From positions 60,507 through 124,506 of the forward strand of contig CAVPBR010000009.1 in NCBI GenBank assembly GCA_963701885.1: a stretch of 64,000 nucleotides of DNA, in the 5' to 3' direction. Each line of letters opens with the position of its first letter. Positions within the stretch are counted from its first letter, which is position 1. This document shows, piece by piece, positions 31,277 through 40,908 of the stretch. The notes beneath the pieces are model-generated. The model did no database searches and had not been told where the DNA came from. It was given only the letters and a program-made list of their open reading frames with translations. The position numbers were made by a program, and so were the translations under genes. This DNA comes from an uncultured beta proteobacterium (GTDB taxonomy: Bacteria; Pseudomonadota; Gammaproteobacteria; Burkholderiales; Casimicrobiaceae).

Positions 31277-32143
31277 TCATTCGAGGTTCTGCACCTGCTC
31301 GCGCATCTGCTCGATTGCCACCTTGAGCTCGAGCGATACCTGCGACAGCTCGGAATCGACCGATTTCGAGCCGAGCGTATTGGCCTCGCGGTGCAGCTCC
31401 TGGGTGAGGAAATCGAGCCGCTTGCCGGCGCTGCCGCCCTGCGCCAGAACGCGCCGGAATTCGGTGACGTGAGCCGTGAGCCTCGTAATCTCTTCGGCAA
31501 TGTCGATCCTGGTCGCGAACAACGCGAGCTCTTGCTTCAACCGGTCGTCGTTGGGGTCGAGCCCGGCCTCCTTCAGCCTCGCGCCAAGCTTGTCGACGAA
31601 GGCCGCGTGCAGTGCCGGGATTCGCGGAGTGACGCGGGCGATCTGCGCGTCGATGTCCGCGCAGCGCGCCTCGAGCACCGCGCGAAGCTTCGCGCCCTCC
31701 CGCGCCCGGGCCGCCGCGAGCTCGGCGAGCGCCTGGGCGAGCAGCGCCTGGACGCGCCCGGCGAGCTCTTCGGCCGGGAGCGTCGCTTCGATCATCACGC
31801 CGGGCCAGCGCAGAACGTCGCCGGCGGTCAGCGGCGGCGTACCGGGGATGGTGCGGGCAATCGCCGCCGCGGCTGATGCGAGCTCCCTGACGCGCGCAGC
31901 ATCGACGGCGATGCTTCCGACGCCCTGTATGGTGCGGGCGAGGACGATCCGGCATTCGAGCTTGCCACGCGTCTGGGCGGCGGCAAGACGCTCGCGGAAC
32001 TGGGATTCCAGGCTTCGCAGCTCCTCCGGAAGCTTGACGGTGAGGTCGAGGTAGCGGTGGTTGACCGAGCGCAGCTCGACAGCAAGCGAAATGCCTGGAA
32101 GCTCCGCGGCAGCGGCCGCGAAACCAGTCATGCTGAGAATCAT
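31277..32143 (-). CDS. yicC: YicC/YloC family endoribonuclease
   Basis: SMTGF, ELRSVNHRYLD, DIAEEITRL, GKRLDFLTQELHREANTLGSKS, EQMREQVQNLE. Confidence 0.95.
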   Translation of the reverse strand: MILSMTGFAAAAAELPGISLAVELRSVNHRYLDLTVKLPEELRSLESQFRERLAAAQTRGKLECRIVLARTIQGVGSIAVDAARVRELASAAAAIARTIPGTPPLTAGDVLRWPGVMIEATLPAEELAGRVQALLAQALAELAAARAREGAKLRAVLEARCADIDAQIARVTPRIPALHAAFVDKLGARLKEAGLDPNDDRLKQELALFATRIDIAEEITRLTAHVTEFRRVLAQGGSAGKRLDFLTQELHREANTLGSKSVDSELSQVSLELKVAIEQMREQVQNLE

Positions 32144-32316
32144 TTGCAGATGAGGGCCGCAGGTGCCGGTTTTGAAAAGTTTTCCGGCGCTACCTCGCGA
32201 CGGAGCATGCGCAGAATGTATGCGTTATCCTGGGCTTGCGCAAGGCGCTGCGGCAACCATGGCACGCGAATTGCAATCGTTATCTTTCGCCCACATTCCG
32301 CGCTTTCCAATTCTCG

Positions 32317-33255
32317 ATGGCCGTCACCAACCAGGCCCTTCCCGGCGGCTACCAGCTGCTGAACTACCGGATTGACCGCCAGATCAGTCGCGGCGGCTTC
32401 TCGATCGTGTACCGCGCCTACGATGAGACCGGGACTCCGGTCGCCATCAAGGAATACCTGCCGTCGTCGCTGGTGTTGCGCACCGAGGGCGACATCGTCA
32501 ACGCGAGCTCGGCGGAGAATCTCACGTCATTCCGTTACGGAATGAAATGCTTCTTCGAGGAGGGACGCGCGCTCGCCAAGATCAACCATCCGAATGTCGT
32601 GCGGGTGCTGAATTTCTTCCGCGCCAACGAGACCGTGTACATGGTGATGCGCTACGAGCGCGGGCGCACGCTGCAGCAGCACATCCAGATGCGCCAGGAC
32701 CAGATGTCCGAACGCTTCGTGCGCAAGGGGTTCATGCACCTGATGAACGGCCTGCGCGAGGTGCATACGCACAAGATCCTGCACCTCGACATCAAGCCGG
32801 CCAACATCTACCTGCACAGCGACGGCAGCCCCGTGCTTCTCGACTTCGGCGCCGCACGCCAGACGCTGACGACCAACCGGCCGAAGCTCGCGCCGATGTA
32901 CACACCCGGATTCGCCGCGCCCGAGCAATACCACGATCACGACCGGCTGGGGCCGTGGACCGACGTCTACGGAACCGGCGCATCGATGTTCGCCTGCCTC
33001 GCAGCATTCGCGCCGCAGGCCGCCGATGCGCGGGTGCAGGAGGACCACCTGGTATCGGCGAAAAAGATCTGGTCGGGACAGTATTCCGACAATCTGCTCG
33101 AGGTGATCGACTGGTGCCTGCGCCTCGACCCTCTCGAGCGGCCCCAGAGCGTGTTCGCGTTGCAGCGGGCGATCCGCGACATTCCACCGCAGAAGCGCAA
33201 ACTCACTTTCCTGGGGAACCTGAAGCGGCTGCTGTTCTCTGAAATCGGCGCCTGA
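32317..33255 (+). CDS. Soluble Hanks-type Ser/Thr protein kinase
   Basis: RGGFSIVY, VAIKEY, HLDIKPANI, LLDFGAA, FAAPEQ; no TM segment. Confidence 0.93.
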   Translation: MAVTNQALPGGYQLLNYRIDRQISRGGFSIVYRAYDETGTPVAIKEYLPSSLVLRTEGDIVNASSAENLTSFRYGMKCFFEEGRALAKINHPNVVRVLNFFRANETVYMVMRYERGRTLQQHIQMRQDQMSERFVRKGFMHLMNGLREVHTHKILHLDIKPANIYLHSDGSPVLLDFGAARQTLTTNRPKLAPMYTPGFAAPEQYHDHDRLGPWTDVYGTGASMFACLAAFAPQAADARVQEDHLVSAKKIWSGQYSDNLLEVIDWCLRLDPLERPQSVFALQRAIRDIPPQKRKLTFLGNLKRLLFSEIGA

Positions 33256-33263
33256 GGCGGCCG

Positions 33264-34181
33264 ATGCGCTTCACGATCTTCCAGGAGTCGCGCAAAGGCG
33301 GGCGCGAGGTCAACCAGGACCGTATCGCTTACACCTACAGCCGCGCGACGCTGCTGCTGGTCATTGCCGACGGCATGGGCGGTCACGTCGGGGGCGAGAT
33401 TGCGGCACAGATCGTCGTGCGCCTGTTCGTCGAGCGCTTCCATCGGGAGGCGAAGCCGCACTTGCGCAATCCACGCGCGTTCATGCAGGACACGATGCTG
33501 CGGGCCCATGCCGCGCTGGGCGCGTATGCCAGCCAGTTCTCGATGCTCGAGACGCCGCGAACCACCTGCGTCGCGGTTGTCGTGCAGGCCGGGCACACGT
33601 GGTGGGCGCACGTTGGCGATTCGCGCTTCTACCTGCTGCGCCAGGGCAAGCTGATCGGCGCGACCAAAGACCACTCGAAAGTGCAATATCTGGTGGATCA
33701 GGGCGAGATCACCGTTGCGGAAGCCGCAGTGCATCCGGATCGCAACAAGGTCTTCAGTTGCCTGGGAGGCCTGGTCGACCCGGTCATCGACCTGTCGCGG
33801 CGCACGCCGCTGCGCAGCGGCGACATCCTGATCCTCTGCACCGATGGTTTGTGGAGCGTCTACCCGCTTCCGGAGCTCGCGACGATGCTCACGTCGACAC
33901 CCGTGCTCGCGACCGGACCGCGTATCATTCGCGACGCGGAGGCGCGCGGAGGATCCGACGGCGACAATGTGTCGGCGATCATCGTGCGCTGGGGATCGGA
34001 GACCCTTACCGACGAGCCCTCGACGACCACCGATGCGCTCGAGCCGGGGGAGTTCGAGACCGAGATCGAGGATACGGCGACGCTTTCCGATCGCCCGGGG
34101 ACCGCGCGCGACCTGACCGAGGACGAGATCGAGCGCGCGATCGCGGAAATCCAGTCGACGATCCAGAAGTTCCGGAAATAG
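33264..34181 (+). CDS. PP2C-family Ser/Thr phosphatase
   Basis: GREVNQD, IADGMGGH, HVGDSR, LCTDGLW, DGDNVSAI. Confidence 0.93.
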   Translation: MRFTIFQESRKGGREVNQDRIAYTYSRATLLLVIADGMGGHVGGEIAAQIVVRLFVERFHREAKPHLRNPRAFMQDTMLRAHAALGAYASQFSMLETPRTTCVAVVVQAGHTWWAHVGDSRFYLLRQGKLIGATKDHSKVQYLVDQGEITVAEAAVHPDRNKVFSCLGGLVDPVIDLSRRTPLRSGDILILCTDGLWSVYPLPELATMLTSTPVLATGPRIIRDAEARGGSDGDNVSAIIVRWGSETLTDEPSTTTDALEPGEFETEIEDTATLSDRPGTARDLTEDEIERAIAEIQSTIQKFRK

Positions 34182-34186
34182 AGACG

Positions 34187-34924
34187 ATGCGACAACTGCT
34201 GCTCGACACCGAGACCACCGGGCTCGATCCGAAGCAGGGCCATCGCATCATCGAGATCGCCGTGGTTGAGGTCGTCGATCGACGCCTCACCGGTGCGCAC
34301 CTTGATTTTCGCCTCGATCCCGAGCGCGACATTGACGCCGGCGCGACCGAGGTGCACGGGATGACCCGCGAGGACCTGGTCGGGTCCCCGCGGTTTGCCG
34401 ACGTCGCGTCCGAATTCGTCGAATTCGCGCGTGGAGCGGAATGGATCATCCACAACGCGCCTTTCGATATCGCGTTCTTCGACGCCGAGTTCAGCCGTGC
34501 GGGATTGCCGCCGTCGTCGTCGCTGTACGCGAAGCTCACCGATACGCTCGCGCTGGCGCGCGAAGCATTCCCGGGCAAGCGCAACAACCTTGATGCGTTG
34601 TGCGAGCGCTTCGGGGTTTCCAACACCCACCGCACGCTGCATGAAGCGCTGCTCGATGCCGAGCTGCTCGCGCGCGTCTACCTCGCGATGACGCGCGGGC
34701 AGGCGGCACTGACGATTGACATTGCTGCACCCGCATCGGCGCCGGCCGAGATGCTCCCGGGAGGAATGGCTGCCGCAGGATCCGCCGCAGCGCCGATCCG
34801 CGTCCACCCGGTGGGCGTGCCGGCAGTCGACGCGCAGTGTCATCGTGCCTATCTCGAGACGCTCGCGCGCGAATCGAGGGTCGGCTGCATGTGGCTCGAG
34901 CTCGAAGCCGAGGTGAACGGTTGA
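34187..34924 (+). CDS. dnaQ: DNA polymerase III epsilon subunit
   Basis: LDTETTG, IHNAPFD, H.ALLDAELLA.VYLAMTRGQ. Confidence 0.93.
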   Translation: MRQLLLDTETTGLDPKQGHRIIEIAVVEVVDRRLTGAHLDFRLDPERDIDAGATEVHGMTREDLVGSPRFADVASEFVEFARGAEWIIHNAPFDIAFFDAEFSRAGLPPSSSLYAKLTDTLALAREAFPGKRNNLDALCERFGVSNTHRTLHEALLDAELLARVYLAMTRGQAALTIDIAAPASAPAEMLPGGMAAAGSAAAPIRVHPVGVPAVDAQCHRAYLETLARESRVGCMWLELEAEVNG

Positions 34925-34998
34925 CCCAGGGGTTGCCGTGAGGAATCGCGCGCTGCGGGTGGGATGACACGCCGACGCAGCGCGGGTAGCCTCACGCG

Positions 34999-35451
34999 AT
35001 GGACCTGATCCTCTGGCGCCATTGCGACGCCGAGCCCGACGGCCCCGATCTCGAGCGGCGCCTGACGGCCAAGGGTACGAAGCAGGCGGAGCGGGTCGCG
35101 CAATGGCTCGACCGGTATCTGCCGGACACCTGCCGCATCCTCGTTTCACCAGCGCTGCGTTGCCAGCAGACGGCGCTCCAGCTCGATCGCAAGATCAGGA
35201 CGCTGCCCGACCTCGCGCCGGGGGCCGGCCCCGACGAAGTTCTTCGCGCCGCCAACTGGCCGGACGCGCGCGAAAGTGCTCTTGTCGTCGCGCACCAGCC
35301 GACTCTGGGGTTGGTCGCCTCGCTGCTGCTCGCGGGCGAGCCCGCGGGCTGGCCGCTACGGACCGGCGCCGTCTGGTGGATTTCCGGCGTCTCGCGCGAG
35401 GCGGGTGCAGGCGTTGTTCTCAGGGTCGTGATCGGCCCGGACTACCTCTGA
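34999..35451 (+). CDS. sixA: Phosphohistidine phosphatase SixA family
   Basis: MDLILWRHCDAE, RRLTAKG, SPALRCQQTA, HQPTLG. Confidence 0.88.
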   Translation: MDLILWRHCDAEPDGPDLERRLTAKGTKQAERVAQWLDRYLPDTCRILVSPALRCQQTALQLDRKIRTLPDLAPGAGPDEVLRAANWPDARESALVVAHQPTLGLVASLLLAGEPAGWPLRTGAVWWISGVSREAGAGVVLRVVIGPDYL

Positions 35452-35454
35452 ACC

Positions 35455-35482
35455 AGAAACCCGGGTTTCGTCCCGGATTTTG
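35455..35482. terminator. Hairpin between sixA and ilvA
   Basis: AAACCCGGG-TTTCGT-CCCGGATTTT. Confidence 0.4.
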
Positions 35483-35496
35483 CTAGTCTTGGGGCG

Positions 35497-37011
35497 ATGG
35501 CCGTCGACTATCTGCAGAAAATCCTCACCGCGAAGGTCTACGACGTCGCGGTCGAGACCCCACTTGAGCTGGCGCCGATCCTGTCGCGCCGGCTCGGCAA
35601 CCGAGTACTGCTGAAACGCGAGGACCAGCAGAGCGTGTTTTCGTTCAAGCTGCGAGGTGCCTACAACAAGATGGCGCAGCTGTCGGCGGCAGAGCTCGCG
35701 CGCGGCGTCATCGCGGCCTCGGCGGGCAACCACGCGCAAGGCGTGGCACTCGCCGCTCAGAAGCTTGGGTGCTCGGCGACGATCGTGATGCCGGTCACGA
35801 CGCCACACATCAAGATCGCGGCGGTCGAATCGCGCGGCGCGACGGTCGTGCTCCACGGCGACTCCTATTCGGACGCCCATGACAAAGCGCAGGCGCTGCA
35901 GAAGCGCAGCGGTGCGACCTTCGTGCACCCGTACGATGACCCGGACGTCATTGCCGGTCAGGGAACCATCGGAATGGAGATCCTGCGCCAATGGCAGGGT
36001 CCGCTCGACGCGATCTTCGCCGCGGTCGGCGGCGGCGGCCTGGTGAGCGGCATCGCGGCCTATGTCAAGCGCGTGCGCCCGGAGGTCAGGATCGTCGGCG
36101 TCCAGCCCGAGGATTCAGATGCGATGGCACGTTCGCTTGCGGCGGGACGGCGGGTGCGGCTGCCACACGTCGGGTTGTTCGCCGACGGCGTCGCAGTGCG
36201 CCAGGTCGGAAAGGAGACGTTTCGCCTTGCCAGGAAATACGTCGACGAGATCGTGCGCGTCGATACCGACGCAATCTGCGCGGCGCTGAAGGACGTATTC
36301 GAGGACACGCGTTCGATCCTCGAGCCGGCCGGTGCGCTGTCGGTCGCGGGGGTCAAGTCATGGGTCGAGCGCGAGCGCACCAGGGACCGCAACTACGTGG
36401 CGATCGCCTGCGGCGCGAACATGAATTTCGACCGCCTGCGCTTTGTCGCCGAGCGCGCGGAACTGGGTGAAGAGCGTGAGGCGGTCATCGCGGTATCGAT
36501 TCCCGAGCAACCGGGGAGCTTTCGCGCGTTCTGCGAACTGCTCGGCAAACGCTCGATCACCGAATTCAACTATCGCTATGCGGACCCGAAGACCGCGCAC
36601 CTTTTCGTCGGCGTCGAGGTCGCGAACCGGCGCGAGACCGAACAACTCCTTGCGGCACTTAAGAAGAGGCGTATCGACGCCTACGACCTGTCCGACAACG
36701 AGATGGCCAAGCTTCACGTGCGCCATCTGGTCGGGGGCCACGCGCCCGCGGCCGAACACGAGATCCTCTACCGGTTCGAGTTTCCGGAGCGGCCGGGTGC
36801 ACTGCTGCGCTTTCTCGAAAGCATGAGCGCGGGCTGGAACATCAGCCTGTTCCACTACCGCAACCATGGCGCCGACTACGGGCGGGTACTGGTCGGCATG
36901 CAGGTGGCGCCACGCGACAACGCCCAGTTCCGCCGCTTTCTCGACCGTCTCGGCTATGATTATGTCGACGAGTCGGCGAACCCTGCCTACCACATGTTTC
37001 TCGGCCGCTGA
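35497..37011 (+). CDS. ilvA: Threonine ammonia-lyase, biosynthetic
   Basis: SFKLRGAYNK, ASAGNHAQG, FPERPGAL, FHYRNHGADYGR. Confidence 0.97.
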   Translation: MAVDYLQKILTAKVYDVAVETPLELAPILSRRLGNRVLLKREDQQSVFSFKLRGAYNKMAQLSAAELARGVIAASAGNHAQGVALAAQKLGCSATIVMPVTTPHIKIAAVESRGATVVLHGDSYSDAHDKAQALQKRSGATFVHPYDDPDVIAGQGTIGMEILRQWQGPLDAIFAAVGGGGLVSGIAAYVKRVRPEVRIVGVQPEDSDAMARSLAAGRRVRLPHVGLFADGVAVRQVGKETFRLARKYVDEIVRVDTDAICAALKDVFEDTRSILEPAGALSVAGVKSWVERERTRDRNYVAIACGANMNFDRLRFVAERAELGEEREAVIAVSIPEQPGSFRAFCELLGKRSITEFNYRYADPKTAHLFVGVEVANRRETEQLLAALKKRRIDAYDLSDNEMAKLHVRHLVGGHAPAAEHEILYRFEFPERPGALLRFLESMSAGWNISLFHYRNHGADYGRVLVGMQVAPRDNAQFRRFLDRLGYDYVDESANPAYHMFLGR

Positions 37012-37099
37012 GCCTGCGCCGCGCTCCCGGCCGCCTTGCGGCAGTCCCTGCCCCACCGCGGCAGCGGCCGGCCTGGAAATCTGTCCTTCCTGTTGCGTT

Positions 37100-37150
37100 C
37101 TTGTCAGAATCGGCGCTTACCGCCGATTCCGGCAAGCTTTATGCTATGGT
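37100..37150 (+). promoter_or_regulatory. 16-bp inverted repeat plus extended -10 upstream of pilG
   Basis: CTTGTCAGAATCGGCG-N5-CGCCGATTCCGGCAAG (14/16 match), then CTTT and TG-C-TATGGT. Either an ilvA terminator or an operator. Confidence 0.45.
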
Positions 37151-37229
37151 CAACCCGGGTGAGCCATGGCAAACTCAGCTCTGGCCCCTAGCGCGGGCAT
37201 GCCAGCGCGATTACGCCGCGAGACCCAGA

Positions 37230-37640
37230 ATGGCAAGCGATACCCCCGGCCGCAGCCCGATGCAGGGCATCAAGGTGATGGTGATCGATGATTCGAACAC
37301 CATTCGACGCAGCGCGGAGATCTTCCTGCTCCAGGCCGGCTGCACGGTGATCCTGGCCGACGACGGCTTCGACGCGCTGGCCAAGATCGCCGACCACCAG
37401 CCGGACCTGGTGTTCGTCGACATCATGATGCCGCGGCTCGACGGCTACCAGACCTGCGCGCTGATCAAGAAGCACGGGCGCTTCCACACCACGCCCGTGA
37501 TCATGCTTTCGTCGAAGGACGGCCTGTTCGACCGCGCGCGCGGCCGGATGGTCGGATCGGACCAGTACCTGACCAAGCCGTTCACGAAGGAGAGCCTGCT
37601 GAAGGCGGTCGCGGCGCACTGCAGCGCGGCGGCGGCATGA
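37230..37640 (+). CDS. pilG: Twitching-motility response regulator
   Basis: KVMVIDDSNTIRRSAE, DGYQTCALIK, SSKDGLFDRARGR. Confidence 0.95.
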   Translation: MASDTPGRSPMQGIKVMVIDDSNTIRRSAEIFLLQAGCTVILADDGFDALAKIADHQPDLVFVDIMMPRLDGYQTCALIKKHGRFHTTPVIMLSSKDGLFDRARGRMVGSDQYLTKPFTKESLLKAVAAHCSAAAA

Positions 37641-37711
37641 GCGATCCGGTCACCGCGCGCGATGTCGTCGCGAAGGTCAGGTTCGCGCCCGACGAAGGGA
37701 AGGCACGCATC

Positions 37712-38080
37712 ATGGGCAGCATCCGGAAAATCCTCATCGTCGACGACTCGGCGACCGAAAGGCATGTCCTGCAGGACATGCTGACCCGGGCCGGTTACGA
37801 GGTCCTGGCAAGCGACAGTGGCGAAGACGCGATCGCCAAGGCGCGCAGCGTTCGTCCCGATCTCATCCTGATGGACGTCGTGATGCCGGGCCTCAATGGC
37901 TTCCAGGCGACGCGCGCCATCGGCCGCGACCCGCTGACGCGCTCGATCCCGGTCATCATGTGCACGTCAAAGAGCCTGGAGACGGACAAGATCTGGGGGC
38001 TTCGGCAGGGCGCGCGCGACTACGTCGTGAAGCCCGTCGTGCGCGACGAACTGCTGGCGAAGATCGGTTCCCTCGGCTGA
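37712..38080 (+). CDS. pilH: Twitching-motility response regulator
   Basis: ILIVDDS.TE, MPGLNGFQATR, ETDKIWGLRQGA. Confidence 0.93.
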   Translation: MGSIRKILIVDDSATERHVLQDMLTRAGYEVLASDSGEDAIAKARSVRPDLILMDVVMPGLNGFQATRAIGRDPLTRSIPVIMCTSKSLETDKIWGLRQGARDYVVKPVVRDELLAKIGSLG

Positions 38081-38100
38081 GCCGGCCCGGGATCGTTGCG

Positions 38101-38622
38101 ATGAGCCGCGCCGCACGCCTCGATCTGCGCTCGTTCCAGCGGGAGCTCGCGACCCGCCTTGCCGCCAAGACCACGGCGCAGGTCGAGAGCTCTCGCCTGG
38201 GTTTCGTCTGCGCGGGCGTTCGCTGGCTGCTGCGACTGCCCGATGCGGGGGAGGTGATCGCGGTGCCGCAGATTGTGCGCGTTCCGCTCACCCGCGACTG
38301 GTTCCTCGGGCTCGCCAACATCCGCGGCAGCCTGCACGGTGTCGTCGACTTCGCCGCATTCCTGGGCCACGCACCGGTCGCGCCCGGCGGACTTGCCCGC
38401 CTCGTCCTGTTCCACTCGCGCACGGGTGACTTGAACGCGGCGATCGTCGTCGAACGGGTTGCGGGACTGCGCAACGTCGCCGAACTCACCGCGGCACCGG
38501 CCGTTGCCGGCGCGCACGACTGGTACGCACAGCGCTGGACGGATGCCGAAGGCAACGCCTGGCAGGAAATCGATCTCGGCGCCCTCGCGCGCGACGCTGC
38601 CTTCCTGCAGGTCGCCGCCTGA
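38101..38622 (+). CDS. pilI: CheW-like adaptor
   Basis: RVPLTRDWFLGLANIRG; position between pilH and pilJ. Confidence 0.9.
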   Translation: MSRAARLDLRSFQRELATRLAAKTTAQVESSRLGFVCAGVRWLLRLPDAGEVIAVPQIVRVPLTRDWFLGLANIRGSLHGVVDFAAFLGHAPVAPGGLARLVLFHSRTGDLNAAIVVERVAGLRNVAELTAAPAVAGAHDWYAQRWTDAEGNAWQEIDLGALARDAAFLQVAA

Positions 38623-38670
38623 GCGCGCGGCCGCGGCGAAGCCGGGGCCGACAATGAATGCGGAGGATCC

Positions 38671-40878
38671 ATGGCACTGCGAATGCCCAAGCTGCACAGC
38701 GCCGATGCGCCGGCGGCGGAGAACGTCGAATTCGATCCACCGACCACGCAGGTCCGGATGATCGCGGCGGCGACGGGAACCTACGATCCGCTCGCCTCGA
38801 CGTCGGCGATGGACCAGTTGCGGTCGGCCGCGAATGCGGCGCCGGTGGCTCCGAAGCTGCCGCTAATTGGCAGTCTGCCGGTCGTCCGGCAGTTCCAGAT
38901 CCTGGGCGCGCTGACCCTGCTCTTCGTTGTGCTCGCCGCGCTGGTGCTGTTCCTCGACAACCGCGCGAGCTCGCAGCAGGCGCTGCGCGCTGCGACTGCG
39001 ACCGAGATGCAGATGCTGTCGCAGCGGCTTGCGCGTGCATCCTCGCTCGCGGTTCACGGGCAGGCGGGGGCGTTCGCCGCAGTTCGCGACAGCCGCGACC
39101 GCTTCAAGGCCGATCTCGAGGCACTGGCCAATGGAGGGACGGTCAAGGGTCTGGCCCTCGATGCGACCCGGAACCCGGCGGCCGTTGATGCGCTCGGCCT
39201 GGTCCAAAGGCGCTGGCAGGGAGTCGACGCCGCGGCAACGCAGTTGCTCGAGAACGAGCGCAGTCTCACCGCGCTTGCGAGCGGGGTGGGTGCGATCAAT
39301 CGTGACAATGCGGGGTTGCTCCAGCTTGCGCAGCAGGCGGCGCAGCAGATCGGACAGGGAACGGGCACTGCGCGCGAGGTCGACTACGCGAACCAGCTCG
39401 CGATGCTCTCGCAGCGCATGGCCAAGAACGCGGCTCTGCTCGCATCCGCCGACGACGTCGATCCCGAAGTCGCGTTCGTGCTCGGCAAAGATGCCGCAAC
39501 CTTCCGCGACGTGACCGGCGGCCTCGCCAAGGGCAGCGACGCGCTGCGGCTTGCCCCCGTCAAGTCGGACGACGCGCGCGCAACGCTCGGCGAGCTCGCC
39601 AGGCGCTTCGCCTCCTTCGACGCCGGCATCAACGCAATCCAGGCGAACATCAAGGGACTGGGCGCGGCGAAGCAGGCGGCACGCAGCATCAACAATGACG
39701 CCGAACCGCTGCTCACCGATTCAGGGCAGCTCACCGACGCGTACCAGCCGGCCAGCGGCAGCTCCCATGCACTGACGCTCGGCCTGGCATTGGTTTTCGG
39801 CGTGCTGGCGCTTGCCGGCCTCGCCCTGATCGCCAAGGCGTTTCTCGACGACGTGCGCACCCGTGCGCAGGAGAGCGAGCACGAGAACAAGCGCAACCAG
39901 GAAGCGATCCTCCGGCTGCTGAACGAGATGGGCAATCTCGCCGATGGCGATCTCACCGTCCAGGCGTCGGTGACCGAGGACGTGACCGGCGCGATCGCCG
40001 ATTCGATCAATTTCACGATCGACGAGTTGCGCGCATTGGTGCGCGGCATCAATTCGGCGACCGACCAGGTGACCAAGGCGACGCAGGAGACACAGGCGAT
40101 CTCCGGCCGGCTGTTCGATGCTTCGCAGCACCAGAACCGCGAGATCCAGCAGGCGTCGGCAGCGGTCCTGACGATGGCCGAATCGATCAGCGAAGTGGCC
40201 GACAATGCGGCGCAATCGGCCAAGGTGGCGCAGATCCAGCTTACGGCCGCAGAGAAGGGCGGCAGCGCGGTGCAGAACCAGATCGCGGGGATGAACGACA
40301 TCCGCACGCAGATCCAGGAGACCTCGAAGCGCATCAAGCGGCTCGGTGAATCGTCGCTCGAGATCGGCGAGATCGTCGAACTGATCTCCGACATCACCGA
40401 GCAGACCAACGTGCTTGCGCTGAACGCCGCGATCCAGGCGGCGTCGGCAGGAGAGGCCGGCCGCGGCTTCACCGTCGTCGCCGAGGAAGTGCAGCGCCTG
40501 GCCGAACGCTCGGCCGAGGCGACCAAGCAGATTGACGCGATCGTCAAGACCATCCAGGCGGACACCCAGGACGCCGTGGCGGCCATGGAGAAGTCGACGG
40601 TCGGAGTGGTCGAAGGGGCAAAGCTCTCCGACGCCGCCGGACAGGCATTGGCCGAGATCCAGCGCGTGTCGCGCGAGCTTGCCACCCTGATTGGACAGAT
40701 CTCGGCGCGGACGCAGACGCAAGCGGCTTCGGTGTCCGAGGTGACGCACGGCATGCGCGGGATCCTTCGCATCTCGGAGGAGACGACCGAAGGCACCAAG
40801 CAGACCAATGTGTCGATCGGACAGTTGACCAAGCTCGCTGCGGAGTTGCGCAGCTCGGTCGCAGGCTTCAAGGTGTGA
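38671..40878 (+). CDS. pilJ: Methyl-accepting chemotaxis protein
   Basis: Two TM helices; [35 protein letters not shown]. Confidence 0.95.
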   Translation: MALRMPKLHSADAPAAENVEFDPPTTQVRMIAAATGTYDPLASTSAMDQLRSAANAAPVAPKLPLIGSLPVVRQFQILGALTLLFVVLAALVLFLDNRASSQQALRAATATEMQMLSQRLARASSLAVHGQAGAFAAVRDSRDRFKADLEALANGGTVKGLALDATRNPAAVDALGLVQRRWQGVDAAATQLLENERSLTALASGVGAINRDNAGLLQLAQQAAQQIGQGTGTAREVDYANQLAMLSQRMAKNAALLASADDVDPEVAFVLGKDAATFRDVTGGLAKGSDALRLAPVKSDDARATLGELARRFASFDAGINAIQANIKGLGAAKQAARSINNDAEPLLTDSGQLTDAYQPASGSSHALTLGLALVFGVLALAGLALIAKAFLDDVRTRAQESEHENKRNQEAILRLLNEMGNLADGDLTVQASVTEDVTGAIADSINFTIDELRALVRGINSATDQVTKATQETQAISGRLFDASQHQNREIQQASAAVLTMAESISEVADNAAQSAKVAQIQLTAAEKGGSAVQNQIAGMNDIRTQIQETSKRIKRLGESSLEIGEIVELISDITEQTNVLALNAAIQAASAGEAGRGFTVVAEEVQRLAERSAEATKQIDAIVKTIQADTQDAVAAMEKSTVGVVEGAKLSDAAGQALAEIQRVSRELATLIGQISARTQTQAASVSEVTHGMRGILRISEETTEGTKQTNVSIGQLTKLAAELRSSVAGFKV

Positions 40879-40908
40879 TGACCAGGGCTATCGAGGAGCG
40901 CACGCGCC

